From positions 4,825 to 68,824 of IMG/VR virus record IMGVR_UViG_2548876929_000003: a stretch of DNA of 64,000 bases. One strand, 5' to 3'. This document shows positions 17,758-28,101 of the stretch, piece after piece; the stretch's first letter is position 1, and every line of letters starts with the position of its first letter. Source of the stretch: a virus. Taxonomy: Duplodnaviria > Caudoviricetes. The position numbers were made by a program, and so were the translations under genes. The notes under the pieces were generated by a model. That model did no database searches. It was not told the origin of the DNA and was given only the letters and a program-made list of their open reading frames with translations.

Positions 17758-18387
17758 TTAATATAAGAATTTATCTCGGTGTGTAATACGGAACAAAACT
17801 GTCCGGCCTGTCTCTGGATCTGTCCAGGTAAGATTGTTATTGCCGAGATTTAAGTCAAAGAAATCACCATTATACAAGTGAGAAACGTTCTGCCCATTGC
17901 GAGTGATCTTGAACTTACCTGAGTCAATCACAATAACTTCTCCCGGCCTGAACACATCTGTAAACTCAATGTAGTCGGTATGGAATTTTGACAGCTCCGC
18001 TGATATCCTTCCTTCCCCAGACATGGGTACTGCTTGCATCAGAATTTCTCGAACGTATTCTGCGTTAGTTATGCGTCCCTCGCCAGACATAGGAACGGCT
18101 TCCAAGGCATACTCACGGACAAAATCAGCCTGCGCCTGACCTTCACCGGACAACTCCGCAGCGGCAGTCATATCCAAAACAAATTCCAAAATGTATTCCG
18201 TTACGGTACCAGGTTCGTCCACATTAAAAGCCATAAGATTGAACGCATTATCGCTTTCGGTTCCAGCTGTCTCCACCTTCCGTGAGTACATTTGCCCGGA
18301 ACCAGAAAGAGATGCAGAAAGGTCAATAATATTCCCTTCTACATCTCCTGTATTAAAACCAAGGCTATTAAATCCACCATTAAACAT
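17758..18387 (-). CDS. Phage tail protein (distal-tail C-terminal-like)
   Basis: Tail-module position; PGEVIVIDSGKFKIT...GDFFDLNLGNNNLTW. Confidence 0.65.
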   Translation of the reverse strand: MFNGGFNSLGFNTGDVEGNIIDLSASLSGSGQMYSRKVETAGTESDNAFNLMAFNVDEPGTVTEYILEFVLDMTAAAELSGEGQAQADFVREYALEAVPMSGEGRITNAEYVREILMQAVPMSGEGRISAELSKFHTDYIEFTDVFRPGEVIVIDSGKFKITRNGQNVSHLYNGDFFDLNLGNNNLTWTDPETGRTVLFRITHRDKFLY

Positions 18388-18419
18388 AGCTTCCTCCTAT
18401 CAGGCAAGGAAAATTTTCC

Positions 18420-18560
18420 TTACTGGAAGTCCACGCCTGTAATGGTCTTGTATTCTTCCGGTGTGATTTCTCCGAAACGGTTTGTCTCCGTGATTACTGC
18501 GCCCTTCAATTGCTCTGCCGTTACCCAGTTCCACTTAAAAGCAAGAGTCCAAAATGTCAT
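18420..18560 (-). CDS. xkdX: XkdX-family small protein
   Basis: Manual translation MTFWTLAFKWNWVTAEQLKGAV...GEITPEEYKTITGVDFQ. Confidence 0.8.
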   Translation of the reverse strand: MTFWTLAFKWNWVTAEQLKGAVITETNRFGEITPEEYKTITGVDFQ

Positions 18561-18937
18561 GATTGATTAGCCCCTTTCAGATTGATTAGTTCCAATTTTG
18601 TAGTTGCTAGTTCAGCGCCCATGCTGGCTAACAGTTGAGTTTGCTGCATGGTTTGAATCTTCATTTCTGCGAGTTGCTGTCCAAGAAGTTCATGTCTGGT
18701 CGGCTGTGCAGAACCCTTTACAACCAGACCGCCATCCGGTGCAACTTCAATTTCCTGTTCTTCGATAGTTGCCCCTTCAGGTAAAGGATTCATGGTCTGT
18801 TCTTCGTACACGGCTTCCTTCGTGATCATTCCCTCGTCGTTATACTCTGCTGGTGACTTCAGGACTTGCTGGCGCTTATAATCCCACGGTCCGATGTTTA
18901 TTACCTCGTCATTTAACACTACACATTCTTTTATCAT
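18557..18937 (-). CDS. Tail fibre assembly/chaperone-like protein
   Basis: Lies between the tail fibre gene and xkdX. Confidence 0.55.
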   Translation of the reverse strand: MIKECVVLNDEVINIGPWDYKRQQVLKSPAEYNDEGMITKEAVYEEQTMNPLPEGATIEEQEIEVAPDGGLVVKGSAQPTRHELLGQQLAEMKIQTMQQTQLLASMGAELATTKLELINLKGANQS

Positions 18938-20085
18938 TTAACAGCCCTCCATCCCGTGTTTCCTGTTCCAGATTCTTTGATATACAGAGTCTCCCCTGCA
19001 TATCCATCCAGCCTTCGATATAGCGATCCTACTGGAGCAGACACGGCTCCTTCAGGACTTCCGTTCCCACTGAAAAGATTTGCAGAGGAAGCTTTTAGAC
19101 TGTTCAGGTCCCCGCCTTGCCAGCCTATATTACCCTCTTCTATCCATAACCCATTACCAAAATTCCAGTCAGTACCATCTATCGTGTTAGATGGAGATAT
19201 ATATACTCGGCCATTATCCGATTTGTGTAATGCCCATGATTTATACCCTGGACGATAGATAGCTAACGGAATGGCGTTCTTGCTATCTATCGTTCCCCAC
19301 ACAGAACCGCCGCGAGTCATGAAAATTTCCGTCCACTCTCTCCAGTCAGCACCAGCAAAAGCAATTCGTGTATAGACACGGCCTGGATTATCATGTGAAA
19401 AGTACATTTGAACAATAGCACCGCTGTCGTAATTCACCACAAGTTTGCCATAGGTATAGGCTCCAGGTGGATAGTTCGAAAAACCTGTCCATGCAGAAAG
19501 AGCCACATTGTAGTTACCTGATAAGGTTGCATCATTCCAGTTTGTTGGTACATTACCTCGATAGCGATATGCGCTATTTGCCAAGTCATACGCAGCCTTT
19601 ACAGCAGACGCTGCAGCAACTTGGGTTGAGCTTGTGTTGTTTGTGGCTGTGCTGATAGGTAGTTGAGCGGCAGGCACCTTTGAATCCTTGTCCAGCGTAG
19701 CCACCCCGCTGGCCGCCCCTTTTTGTACTGCGGGGATGGCCGCAGCAGCCACAGCAGCAGCATCTGCAACTCCCTCGCCTAGCTCCTCAATGTTTCCTTT
19801 AAAAGCAACATGATCATAGGCTGTAAAGTTCCGGGCAACCCGTGTACCAACAGGCCAAGCACGTGCCACTCCTTCAAAACCGCGTATGCAGCCTTTAAGT
19901 ACGTTTTCCTCCACAGATGTATATGTGATCGTTTCTGCAACATCTCCATTACCCAAAACGGCAATTCCTTCGCCTTGTAGTAGCACGGACGCATTAGCAA
20001 CCGTAATTTCTGTTTGCGTGTCCGTGATCAGTTCCGCAAGCTCGGTTTTAGGACTGTTTACAACTGGTGGATACATTTTTTCCAC
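18934..20085 (-). CDS. Tail fibre / receptor-binding protein
   Basis: GVATLDKDSKVPAAQLP, AAASAVKAAYDLA fibre motifs and knob-like middle domain. Confidence 0.75.
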   Translation of the reverse strand: MEKMYPPVVNSPKTELAELITDTQTEITVANASVLLQGEGIAVLGNGDVAETITYTSVEENVLKGCIRGFEGVARAWPVGTRVARNFTAYDHVAFKGNIEELGEGVADAAAVAAAAIPAVQKGAASGVATLDKDSKVPAAQLPISTATNNTSSTQVAAASAVKAAYDLANSAYRYRGNVPTNWNDATLSGNYNVALSAWTGFSNYPPGAYTYGKLVVNYDSGAIVQMYFSHDNPGRVYTRIAFAGADWREWTEIFMTRGGSVWGTIDSKNAIPLAIYRPGYKSWALHKSDNGRVYISPSNTIDGTDWNFGNGLWIEEGNIGWQGGDLNSLKASSANLFSGNGSPEGAVSAPVGSLYRRLDGYAGETLYIKESGTGNTGWRAVK

Positions 20086-20094
20086 ACTTCACAC

Positions 20095-20505
20095 CTACCC
20101 TTCGTCTACTTTTATTTGCCCGGCAAGAAACCGAAGTGTGTCATTCGTCTGGACCGTGCGCGGTGTTTTGACTGCACCGTGATAGACAAGATTGCCCCCG
20201 GTTGCTGCTGTCCGAATGCCTATGTGTGTTATCAATCCCCAATCTGCTCCAGCGATAGGAAAAGAGACATCCCCCACGCTGGACGTAACAGCTCTACGAT
20301 CCGCTATAACTGGTTCTGAGAACGCCACAGCACGGCGCGTATAGCCTCCACCGCTTACTTCCTGCCCTGTATCCGCATCTGTAGGGCTGCTGGTGTATAG
20401 GGCAATGTAAAGCGCTTGAGGAGAAGCAAAGTTAATCCCCCGCAAGGCCGCATTAATACAGGCTGTTTTCCACCAGTTCGATTTACTAAGCAATATATCT
20501 GCCAA
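20095..20505 (-). CDS. Phage tail protein
   Basis: LYIALYTSSPTDADTGQEVSGGGYTR motif. Confidence 0.7.
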   Translation of the reverse strand: MADILLSKSNWWKTACINAALRGINFASPQALYIALYTSSPTDADTGQEVSGGGYTRRAVAFSEPVIADRRAVTSSVGDVSFPIAGADWGLITHIGIRTAATGGNLVYHGAVKTPRTVQTNDTLRFLAGQIKVDEG

Positions 20506-20517
20506 TATAAAGACCTC

Positions 20518-21072
20518 CTATTCTACTTGATACTCATTTGCGATACGGAAATTCCGTATGTCGTTATTACCGATGTTAGTCAAGACGATAATAGGACTGG
20601 CTCTTTCATCTCCTGTAGAAATGACCGACACTGTTTGTGGCGATTGAGTAATGATAACTTCTTTGATATTCTCATCGCTTTCCGGGAACGGATGCTCCCC
20701 CATTTTGATTGGTATGGTAAGCTCCCCATCCCAAAGTATCTTTTCAATATCCAAAGTTCCTGCGTACCGTCCTATATACCTTCTTCCCGGCAAATCAGAA
20801 AATGTAAATACGATATCCCCTTTCTTGGCATTAAAAAGAGCCGCCACTTGGGCGACTCTCCTATGGTAATCAAGGGTTGTATCATCAGCCATTAGGACGC
20901 ATTCGAGATTGATTGTTCGCGCTCCATAGGTGCTGCCAAAATCCAGTTCTCCATCCCTCTCAGCTATCTCAAGGCTGTGGTCTTTTGTCGGCGGTAACAC
21001 AGGTATGTTGTGCTTTTTAAGCCCTAATCCAATGGATTTAAAAGACTTTCCATCTGCCGTTGCGTCGATCAT
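20518..21072 (-). CDS. Distal tail protein (Dit)
   Basis: Directly downstream of the tape measure gene; DFGSTYGARTINL. Confidence 0.8.
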   Translation of the reverse strand: MIDATADGKSFKSIGLGLKKHNIPVLPPTKDHSLEIAERDGELDFGSTYGARTINLECVLMADDTTLDYHRRVAQVAALFNAKKGDIVFTFSDLPGRRYIGRYAGTLDIEKILWDGELTIPIKMGEHPFPESDENIKEVIITQSPQTVSVISTGDERASPIIVLTNIGNNDIRNFRIANEYQVE

Positions 21073-24000
21073 TAAGACTTACCTCCCCTCGCTTGCAACC
21101 TCCGCACTAGGTTATCTCGTTCGCTCCAGAAAACCTTTGCTGCGGATTCATCTTCAATATAAGTATCGCCTGATTTTATTACGAACTGGTTGCTGATTTG
21201 CTGCGGATTTGAACCGCCCGAAGCCATTGGCATAGAGAAGTCTGGCATGGAGAAATTAAGTTTCGGCATCTTAAAATTGATAATTTTCCACAAGTTACTC
21301 TGTTGTTGACCATTCAAATACATTTCCCCTTCTCGGGCAATGACGGGTACCTCTGCTCCCTTCTGGCCTTGAACTATCCCACCAGAATGGAATTTTTGAA
21401 GTTTCCCTGTATCCTTCTTAATGCCATACTTATTCCGCAGAGCAGCATTTTCCTCGTGCAGTTTAGCCTTCTCGGCAGCGCCTGCTGAATACCATTTGTC
21501 AATATTAGAATTGTATCTCGCCAAATCGCTGTCCTTTTCTGATATTGAGGAACCTGTATCAAAGGATGCAGACAATGAGGTAGCATTGATTTCAGCCATT
21601 TTCATTTGATAGTCTAAGATGAATTGATCCAACTGACGCAAGATTTCTGCGTTTTTCTCAGATTCCTTTGAAATCTGAGTATTTTTCAAATCTTCAGCTT
21701 TAGATTCAACTCCGTCTGAGTACTCATCATATTTCTCGGCTAGCTGATCATAATGCTGTTTGGCAGCTTCAATCTGGTCATTGTAGTCCTTTTCCCGTTC
21801 AGTCTTCTCGTCTTGGAGTTTCTTCTTCTGATCCTCCAATCCACGCTTAGCAAGCGTCCGGTTATGTTCACGTTGCATATCTTCAATATCTTTTTCTGTC
21901 TGTTTCCGTTCGGCAATACCTTCGGGACCGACAGCAGATTGTAGTAGAGCAAGGCGCGCTTGTTTCTCCGCCATTGCACGTTCATAATCCTCGTCTTCGT
22001 TAGCTGTCTGCATTTTGGCAAGCAAGTCGTCTATGGCCTTAATTTTAGAGTCCTGAGCCTCGATAAAAGCATCCCGTTCCGCCTCAATCCGCTTTACTTC
22101 CTCATCCCGAGTCTTTTCAAGTGCTTCCTTTTCCTTCTTGGCAGCTTCGGTAGCAGCCTTCTTCTGATCCTCCAAAAGTTGCTTCTTCAAATCATGGACC
22201 TGTACATCAATTTCCATCCGTTGTTCTGATCCTTCTTTATAAAGAGCCTGCATTTTTGTCCATAAATTGAGCTGATCGGAAACAGATACGGCTTCCATAC
22301 TCTTTTGGTAATTGATTCGTTTTTGGAAATCGGACAGGAACTCATCTTCCAGCGCTTTACGTTTCTCATAAATCTTCTGTTGCAACTCAAAACTTTGTTC
22401 GGCAGTACGATCCTTTGCCTTACTCATACGCATATAAGCGTCATATTCCATTTTGAGGATAGCAATTTGGGTTTGCCCTGCCATCTCCATTTTGGAAGTC
22501 TCTTTATCAATCCACTTCTCACTGTTTTGATAGCGAAGCTCATTGTATTTGACGGTTAAATCATAGATTTGTTTGGCAATCTCTCTACGGTTAGCAGGAA
22601 GCAGATAATTTTTACTTTGCTCCTTCTTATAGAAATCCAGACTGGTTTTTACCATCTCAATTTCTTGTTTGTTGGCCTGCCGCATACGCTCGGTTCTTCG
22701 CTCAAGATTCAACACGTCTTCCTGAAATCTTGAATCATTCAGTTTCTGAACATCGCGGCTCCATTGCTTCATTGCATCCTTATCTTCCGATAGGTACTGC
22801 TTATGTCGTTGAGCCAGTCGTTTGTATCCTGCAATCTGCTGGTTTATAGACCATTCATTTCGTTCAGCGATATACTTAAAGTTATCAAGATCGTCATCAT
22901 AACTATCTTTTCGTGCCGCAGATGCGTCCTTGACTGCTTTTTCAGCTGCACGTTCCGCATCGCTCTTGCCTTTTTTGCCCCCGCTTCCCTTCGATTTTTT
23001 CGAACCAGAAGAACTCACACCAAATTTAGGATCGTTATATAGCTTGGTTAAAGCATTAATCTGAGTGTCATACTGCTTCATATCTTTCTCGTATCCGCTA
23101 TATATTTCGCCTATATCTTTTTTGCTTTGCTCCATGTTTTTCTTGTCTTGGTTTAACTGGTTCTGAAAAGGAGCATTTAGGAAAGATTTCACTCCGGTCA
23201 TGTTGTTTAGTTCTTTTTGTTTATTAAAAACTTCTAATGAACTTTGAGCCATAACTCCATTCAATCTAGCTTTTAACTCAGCAAGACTCTTAATCGCTCC
23301 AGCCTCTTTAATGTAGACTGCGATACGATCATCAGACTCAAGTTTTGTACTTAAACTGGACGCTTTTTCTGACTTTAGATCATCTATAGCCTTTTGTATT
23401 TTAGCTTTACGAACAACTTCGAGAGCATTCTTTTCGAAAGCCCATCCCTCAGATGTTTTGTAAATCTCCGAAGCTAATTGAGGGTATTTGAGAATTAATT
23501 CTGCCGCAGCTTCTGCGTTCATGGACTGTTTATTGGCAAGATCATTTAAAACAGTATTCATCTCAGAAATAGCCTTGCCGTTACCCTGAATCTGCTCTCT
23601 TAAATCGGCAAGAGCTTCCTCCTGTGATTTAACACTTTCGGTTGCTGTTCCAGCCGTCCCAGAAAATTGGTCAGCTTCTACAGTTGCTTGACCTAAAGCT
23701 ACTCCTACTTCTGTTACAGATAAAGTGAGCTTGTTATTTTCTTGTTCTAACGTTTTGATTTTTTCTTCTAACTTCGCAGCATCTTCCTTAAATTCGCCTG
23801 TTCCTAAAAAATTTCCAATTGGATTAGCAATGATCTTTTTTACTCGTTCCAGTTCTTTTGTAGCTTCTGTGATTTCATTTATTTTTTGTTTTTGTTGTTC
23901 GATTAATTGCGCTTGCTGATCTTTCAATACATTTTTCCGGGCTTCATTCTGCTTCTCGATGAGTTTGTTCAACGCAGCAACTTGCACCTGCACAGCTTCA

Positions 24001-26486
24001 TCGGTATAACCAGCAGCTTCAAGTTGCTTGGCCCCTTCTTTTCCAAGAGTGATGACCAGCGCTTTAGAAACCTCTTCGAGTTGTTTTTTTACTTTTGTTT
24101 CCTTTTCTACTGAACCACTGCTTTGTTTTAATGACTGTTCAAGAGAACGATGTGCATTAACCAATTTTGGCAACAATTCTATCTGTCGTTGGTACTGACT
24201 AACCATTTGTTGTGATGCTGAGTCTTGATCCTTTAAGTTTTGAATCCGATCCCTCGCAGCTTTTTCTTCCTTACCACTATTCATCGCTACAAGTGCTATT
24301 GCGCCAACAAGTAAGCTCAATCCTGCTGTAGCGGCTGCTGTTGTGACGGTTGCCGTTGCTTGGGCAACAGACAATGATTTCGTAGCAACTGTAGCCCCCT
24401 CGGTTGCTACGGTTAAAGCTCCTTGTGCTACTGTAGCTCCTTCGGTAGCGGCAACTCTCTGAACTGTTGAAAGAGTTGCCCCTTGTGAAGAAACGATATT
24501 AACATTATTAGCTACCGTATTAGCGCCAATAGCGGCAGTTTCCGCAGCCTTTGCAGTCGTCAATACTTTTACAGCAGCAATTACATTCATGATTGGACCG
24601 CTTAGAGCTTTATAGGCAAAAAGTAGCCCGCCGATAGCCGCCGTTCCTTCAAACACACCAGGAGGTACTTTTGTAAGCCCAATTAGCAATTGGTCAATAG
24701 CGTCCAGAACATCCTTGATCGTACGCCGCAGCCCATCATCTCCAGCATTATTGAATATTTCCAATAACGAAGCCTTCGTTTGAGCTGCCTTACGCTGAAT
24801 CGTATCCATCTGGACTTTAAGATACTCCATTGTCGATCCGGTTGAACCGATAGAGGCCGCAGTACCCAACAAAATGCCCCCAGCATTCAGTGAAGCAGCT
24901 AATTTTGCGTATTGATATACGCCACGCGATATATCAGCGTAGGATTTCGTAAGGTCATAGTTTTTGTCGATTACTTTGGTCGATAATTCTAACAGGATGT
25001 CTTCTGCCTTTTTCCACTGCTCTGTACCATTTACAACTTCTTTTGTATGAACTCCTAATCTCTCAATCTCTGCAACAGCTTTATCTGTACGGATCGTACC
25101 CAAGACTGTTTTCCACATGTTACCCAGGTTTTCCCCACTCAGCGCCGTGTTACGTATACCGGCTGAAATCAAGCCATTCATAAAGTCAAATGAAACACCA
25201 GTTTCCGCCGCTATCTTACCTGTCCGTTCAAAGGCAGCTCCCAAGTCTCTAGCCGGGGCCATCGTATCATGGGCAACCTTGGACCAAGAATCCAGAACGC
25301 GTCCACCAAGCACCATAGCGTCATTACTGTCCTTGATTTGTACACCGTATTGAGCAAAGGTAGACTCCATAGACTTGGTCGCATCTTCCAAGGATACAAG
25401 GTCAACGGTACTGAGCATTGTTGACTTGCGTACCATCTCCTGAACAACGCCTGCATCCTTATACATCCGGCCCCATAAACGTGCTGATTCGGTAACGTCC
25501 ATGATTTCAGAACCAAGATCATGAGCCGTCCTGATAAAATTGGTTGTCTCGTCGTGCAACTTCTCAGTGTTCATCACCATTTCCTTAGTACCCTCGTTGT
25601 ACTCAAGGAAATAATGCTCATTCGTCTGGACATAGCCAGCCATATTAGATTCAATGCCGACTATGCCCTCTCTTAAGGCTTCCTGTACCTTGTGCATAGC
25701 GGCATATGCCGTGTGGAATACAGCGGCATGGGTAGCCATATCCCCAAGCTTGCCTATCCAACTTGGCGTAATGTTAAAGGTTTGCTTCATCTGCGTTTCG
25801 GTTTGACTTAATGAACGCCTGATTTTCTGTTCTTCCTGAAGGACCTTCTCTCGGACTTGTGCCTCCTTCTGCTCCCTGGTCCGTAAAGCATTAATCCAGA
25901 ACTTCTCATAATCTTGAGCGTTTTTCCTTGCTTGCTGTGCTTCCTTATCAGCCATTTGCTGTAACTTCATACGGATAGCCTGTTCTTGCATGAGGACACG
26001 TTCTCGCGTCTTATCATCCGTTCCTGCCCCTGAAATTTTAGCAGCTCTCTGCCCGGTTGATGTCGCCTTATTTTGAAGGGCTTCCATCCGTTTTAGATGC
26101 TCTCGTTCCTGCTGTTCAATTGCATCCTCACGCTTTTTTACAATGGCCTGCTGTGCTTTTAGTTTCTCATCTGTAATTTTGTTAGCTTGGTCTAGTTGGT
26201 TCTTTCGTGCAGTATTTAATTCAGCCTGTGCAGTGCGTTGCTTAACAAGAGCTTCGGATTCAGCAAGGATCTTCTTTCTTCTATCCTCTGCTGAAAGAGC
26301 AAACTTGTCTGCACTGCTGGCAAGAGACTTGAAATTCTTCTCACTTAGCCCGAGTTCAGAATTTAGAACCTTAAAGGATTCAGCATTCGTCCTTGCTCCG
26401 TTGTCTATCAATTTGAAAGCGGGTAGTATCTTAGTTGTATCCAAGCTTATACGCGCACCTACTACATCTTTACTTAAATCCGCCAC
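21072..26486 (-). CDS. Tape measure protein (~1804 aa)
   Basis: Very long helical ORF after the tail chaperone; FHSGG..G...EVPVIAREGE near the C-terminus; likely GTG start at 26486 after GAGGTG. Confidence 0.92.
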   Translation of the reverse strand: MADLSKDVVGARISLDTTKILPAFKLIDNGARTNAESFKVLNSELGLSEKNFKSLASSADKFALSAEDRRKKILAESEALVKQRTAQAELNTARKNQLDQANKITDEKLKAQQAIVKKREDAIEQQEREHLKRMEALQNKATSTGQRAAKISGAGTDDKTRERVLMQEQAIRMKLQQMADKEAQQARKNAQDYEKFWINALRTREQKEAQVREKVLQEEQKIRRSLSQTETQMKQTFNITPSWIGKLGDMATHAAVFHTAYAAMHKVQEALREGIVGIESNMAGYVQTNEHYFLEYNEGTKEMVMNTEKLHDETTNFIRTAHDLGSEIMDVTESARLWGRMYKDAGVVQEMVRKSTMLSTVDLVSLEDATKSMESTFAQYGVQIKDSNDAMVLGGRVLDSWSKVAHDTMAPARDLGAAFERTGKIAAETGVSFDFMNGLISAGIRNTALSGENLGNMWKTVLGTIRTDKAVAEIERLGVHTKEVVNGTEQWKKAEDILLELSTKVIDKNYDLTKSYADISRGVYQYAKLAASLNAGGILLGTAASIGSTGSTMEYLKVQMDTIQRKAAQTKASLLEIFNNAGDDGLRRTIKDVLDAIDQLLIGLTKVPPGVFEGTAAIGGLLFAYKALSGPIMNVIAAVKVLTTAKAAETAAIGANTVANNVNIVSSQGATLSTVQRVAATEGATVAQGALTVATEGATVATKSLSVAQATATVTTAAATAGLSLLVGAIALVAMNSGKEEKAARDRIQNLKDQDSASQQMVSQYQRQIELLPKLVNAHRSLEQSLKQSSGSVEKETKVKKQLEEVSKALVITLGKEGAKQLEAAGYTDEAVQVQVAALNKLIEKQNEARKNVLKDQQAQLIEQQKQKINEITEATKELERVKKIIANPIGNFLGTGEFKEDAAKLEEKIKTLEQENNKLTLSVTEVGVALGQATVEADQFSGTAGTATESVKSQEEALADLREQIQGNGKAISEMNTVLNDLANKQSMNAEAAAELILKYPQLASEIYKTSEGWAFEKNALEVVRKAKIQKAIDDLKSEKASSLSTKLESDDRIAVYIKEAGAIKSLAELKARLNGVMAQSSLEVFNKQKELNNMTGVKSFLNAPFQNQLNQDKKNMEQSKKDIGEIYSGYEKDMKQYDTQINALTKLYNDPKFGVSSSGSKKSKGSGGKKGKSDAERAAEKAVKDASAARKDSYDDDLDNFKYIAERNEWSINQQIAGYKRLAQRHKQYLSEDKDAMKQWSRDVQKLNDSRFQEDVLNLERRTERMRQANKQEIEMVKTSLDFYKKEQSKNYLLPANRREIAKQIYDLTVKYNELRYQNSEKWIDKETSKMEMAGQTQIAILKMEYDAYMRMSKAKDRTAEQSFELQQKIYEKRKALEDEFLSDFQKRINYQKSMEAVSVSDQLNLWTKMQALYKEGSEQRMEIDVQVHDLKKQLLEDQKKAATEAAKKEKEALEKTRDEEVKRIEAERDAFIEAQDSKIKAIDDLLAKMQTANEDEDYERAMAEKQARLALLQSAVGPEGIAERKQTEKDIEDMQREHNRTLAKRGLEDQKKKLQDEKTEREKDYNDQIEAAKQHYDQLAEKYDEYSDGVESKAEDLKNTQISKESEKNAEILRQLDQFILDYQMKMAEINATSLSASFDTGSSISEKDSDLARYNSNIDKWYSAGAAEKAKLHEENAALRNKYGIKKDTGKLQKFHSGGIVQGQKGAEVPVIAREGEMYLNGQQQSNLWKIINFKMPKLNFSMPDFSMPMASGGSNPQQISNQFVIKSGDTYIEDESAAKVFWSERDNLVRRLQARGGKS

Positions 26487-26509
26487 TTTGCTCACCTCTT
26501 CATAAGGTT

Positions 26510-26525
26510 CAGGAAACTTTTCCTG
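26510..26525. promoter_or_regulatory. Palindrome CAGGAAA-NN-TTTCCTG upstream of the tape measure gene
   Basis: Perfect 7-2-7 inverted repeat between a terminator and the RBS. Confidence 0.6.
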
Positions 26526-26537
26526 CCCTGAATACAG

Positions 26538-26573
26538 AAAAAGAGGCATCCTGCATGATTGCGGATGCCTCTT
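26538..26573 (-). terminator. Strong intrinsic terminator between tail chaperone and tape measure genes
   Basis: 11-bp stem AAGAGGCATCC/GGATGCCTCTT followed by a T-run on the - strand. Confidence 0.8.
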
Positions 26574-26576
26574 AAT

Positions 26577-26879
26577 TTACTTGGCGAAGAAACCAAGATC
26601 AGATAGTGACTTGACCTTCTTCGGTTTTTTATTCTCTACATTGCCACCGTGAAGAATGATTTCAAATTCCCGGTTTCTGTTCTTGGCCTTCATGAGCGCT
26701 CTAATTTTTGGAATAGTCATATTAGGCCACTCCGAATCAGAAATACCATTGCTCACACATAAAGCCCAAAGTTCTAACCAGTCCGTTTCATGCTCATCCT
26801 CGACAGGGTTAGACTCCTCCTGTTCATCTTCCTCATCTGACTCTTCATCTGGAGGAAACGACTCAGAATAGAAATCGGT
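26577..26879 (-). CDS. Tail assembly chaperone T-frame extension (needs a frameshift from the G gene)
   Basis: 100-codon open frame with no start codon or RBS at its 5' end, overlapping the last codons of 26863..27204. Confidence 0.75.
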   Translation of the reverse strand, partial: TDFYSESFPPDEESDEEDEQEESNPVEDEHETDWLELWALCVSNGISDSEWPNMTIPKIRALMKAKNRNREFEIILHGGNVENKKPKKVKSLSDLGFFAK

Positions 26880-27204
26880 CTAACAAATCATCCAGTACTG
26901 CAATACCGTCCTGGTCAATCAGTTCGTACTCTTTTTCCGTTATTTCCTCAACCAGCACGAGATTAAACACCTTTTTGTACATTTCCTCCACTTTAGGCCA
27001 GTCAACTGCTTCCCGGTCTTCGGTAGCCTCCCATTTTTTCCGGCCTATCGAAAAGGAAAACTTGTGTACTACACCATCCATTTCTTCACGAACCTGACGG
27101 ATCAATGCAATAGTCCCGATCTTCACATGCTTTTTGATGCCCTCTGCCAACCGAATTTCTGAACCTATATTAAGAGTTTTATCCAACTGTTTGTCTGTAC
27201 TCAT
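26863..27204 (-). CDS. Tail assembly chaperone G
   Basis: Lies between the major tail and tape measure genes. Confidence 0.8.
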   Translation of the reverse strand: MSTDKQLDKTLNIGSEIRLAEGIKKHVKIGTIALIRQVREEMDGVVHKFSFSIGRKKWEATEDREAVDWPKVEEMYKKVFNLVLVEEITEKEYELIDQDGIAVLDDLLDRFLF

Positions 27205-27268
27205 TAAATTTCCTCCTCAATGTATGTAACCCCCTATCGCTCAGGTAGGGGGTTGGGTTAGTAATTGA

Positions 27269-28057
27269 TTAGATACCGAAAATGATTTCTACTGCATATC
27301 CATTAGGATTCTCTGGCGTGATATCCGGCTCCATAATCTCCAGCGCCAATGTATTGGTGGTTGGCTTTTTGCGCTCTTGGGACACGTCCAAAGTCCCGCC
27401 CCCGAGAGCCTTCCAAATAGTGAGCTGGCAAGGGACTTCTTTACCGTTCCGATCATCAGTTAATGAAAAGCGATGTACCAGTTTAAATGGCTTCGGACGG
27501 CGTTTACCACTTAAGCTACTTCTTGTAGCATTCTCTTTTGACCATTTGAACGTAACCGTGATTAATTTCCCTTCGTTTGCAACATCAGATGTGATTTTCC
27601 CATCAGCAGTAATTACGTACTGCTCTGCTGTTGGGGCAGATGCAACACGAGTCAACTCAGCTAGTTCACCTGTGTCAGTATCTTTTAAATAAACCCGGTC
27701 ACTCTTATTTACAAAGGTTCCGTTATACTTCGTTGGAGCCTTTAACTTGTAGCCATCAGTTGCATTTAAAAACCCTTGTTCTACTTCATCGAATTGAACT
27801 GTTCCTTTTTCCGATTCAGCCCCTTGAGACAATTCGGCTAAAATATCAGAGTAGCGCGGAACCTCCATTGAAGCTTTATCCCCTAAGTCCTTAGCAGTGT
27901 AGTGGAATGCGTAGCCGCTATCGCCGCCCATTACTTTGTCCCAATCAAATTGCAATTGCAAAGTTACTTTAGTGATTTTATCATCAAGAAACTTGAGCCT
28001 TCCGCCTTCTTCATAGACTTGCGCTGACCCTACGCCATCAAATACTAAAGGTTGCAT
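27269..28057 (-). CDS. Major tail tube protein
   Basis: Size and position immediately before the chaperone and tape measure genes. Confidence 0.75.
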   Translation of the reverse strand: MQPLVFDGVGSAQVYEEGGRLKFLDDKITKVTLQLQFDWDKVMGGDSGYAFHYTAKDLGDKASMEVPRYSDILAELSQGAESEKGTVQFDEVEQGFLNATDGYKLKAPTKYNGTFVNKSDRVYLKDTDTGELAELTRVASAPTAEQYVITADGKITSDVANEGKLITVTFKWSKENATRSSLSGKRRPKPFKLVHRFSLTDDRNGKEVPCQLTIWKALGGGTLDVSQERKKPTTNTLALEIMEPDITPENPNGYAVEIIFGI

Positions 28058-28101
28058 ATAGTTTCATCCTCCTTATATGTGAACACAAAAAACTGGTCAG
28101 C

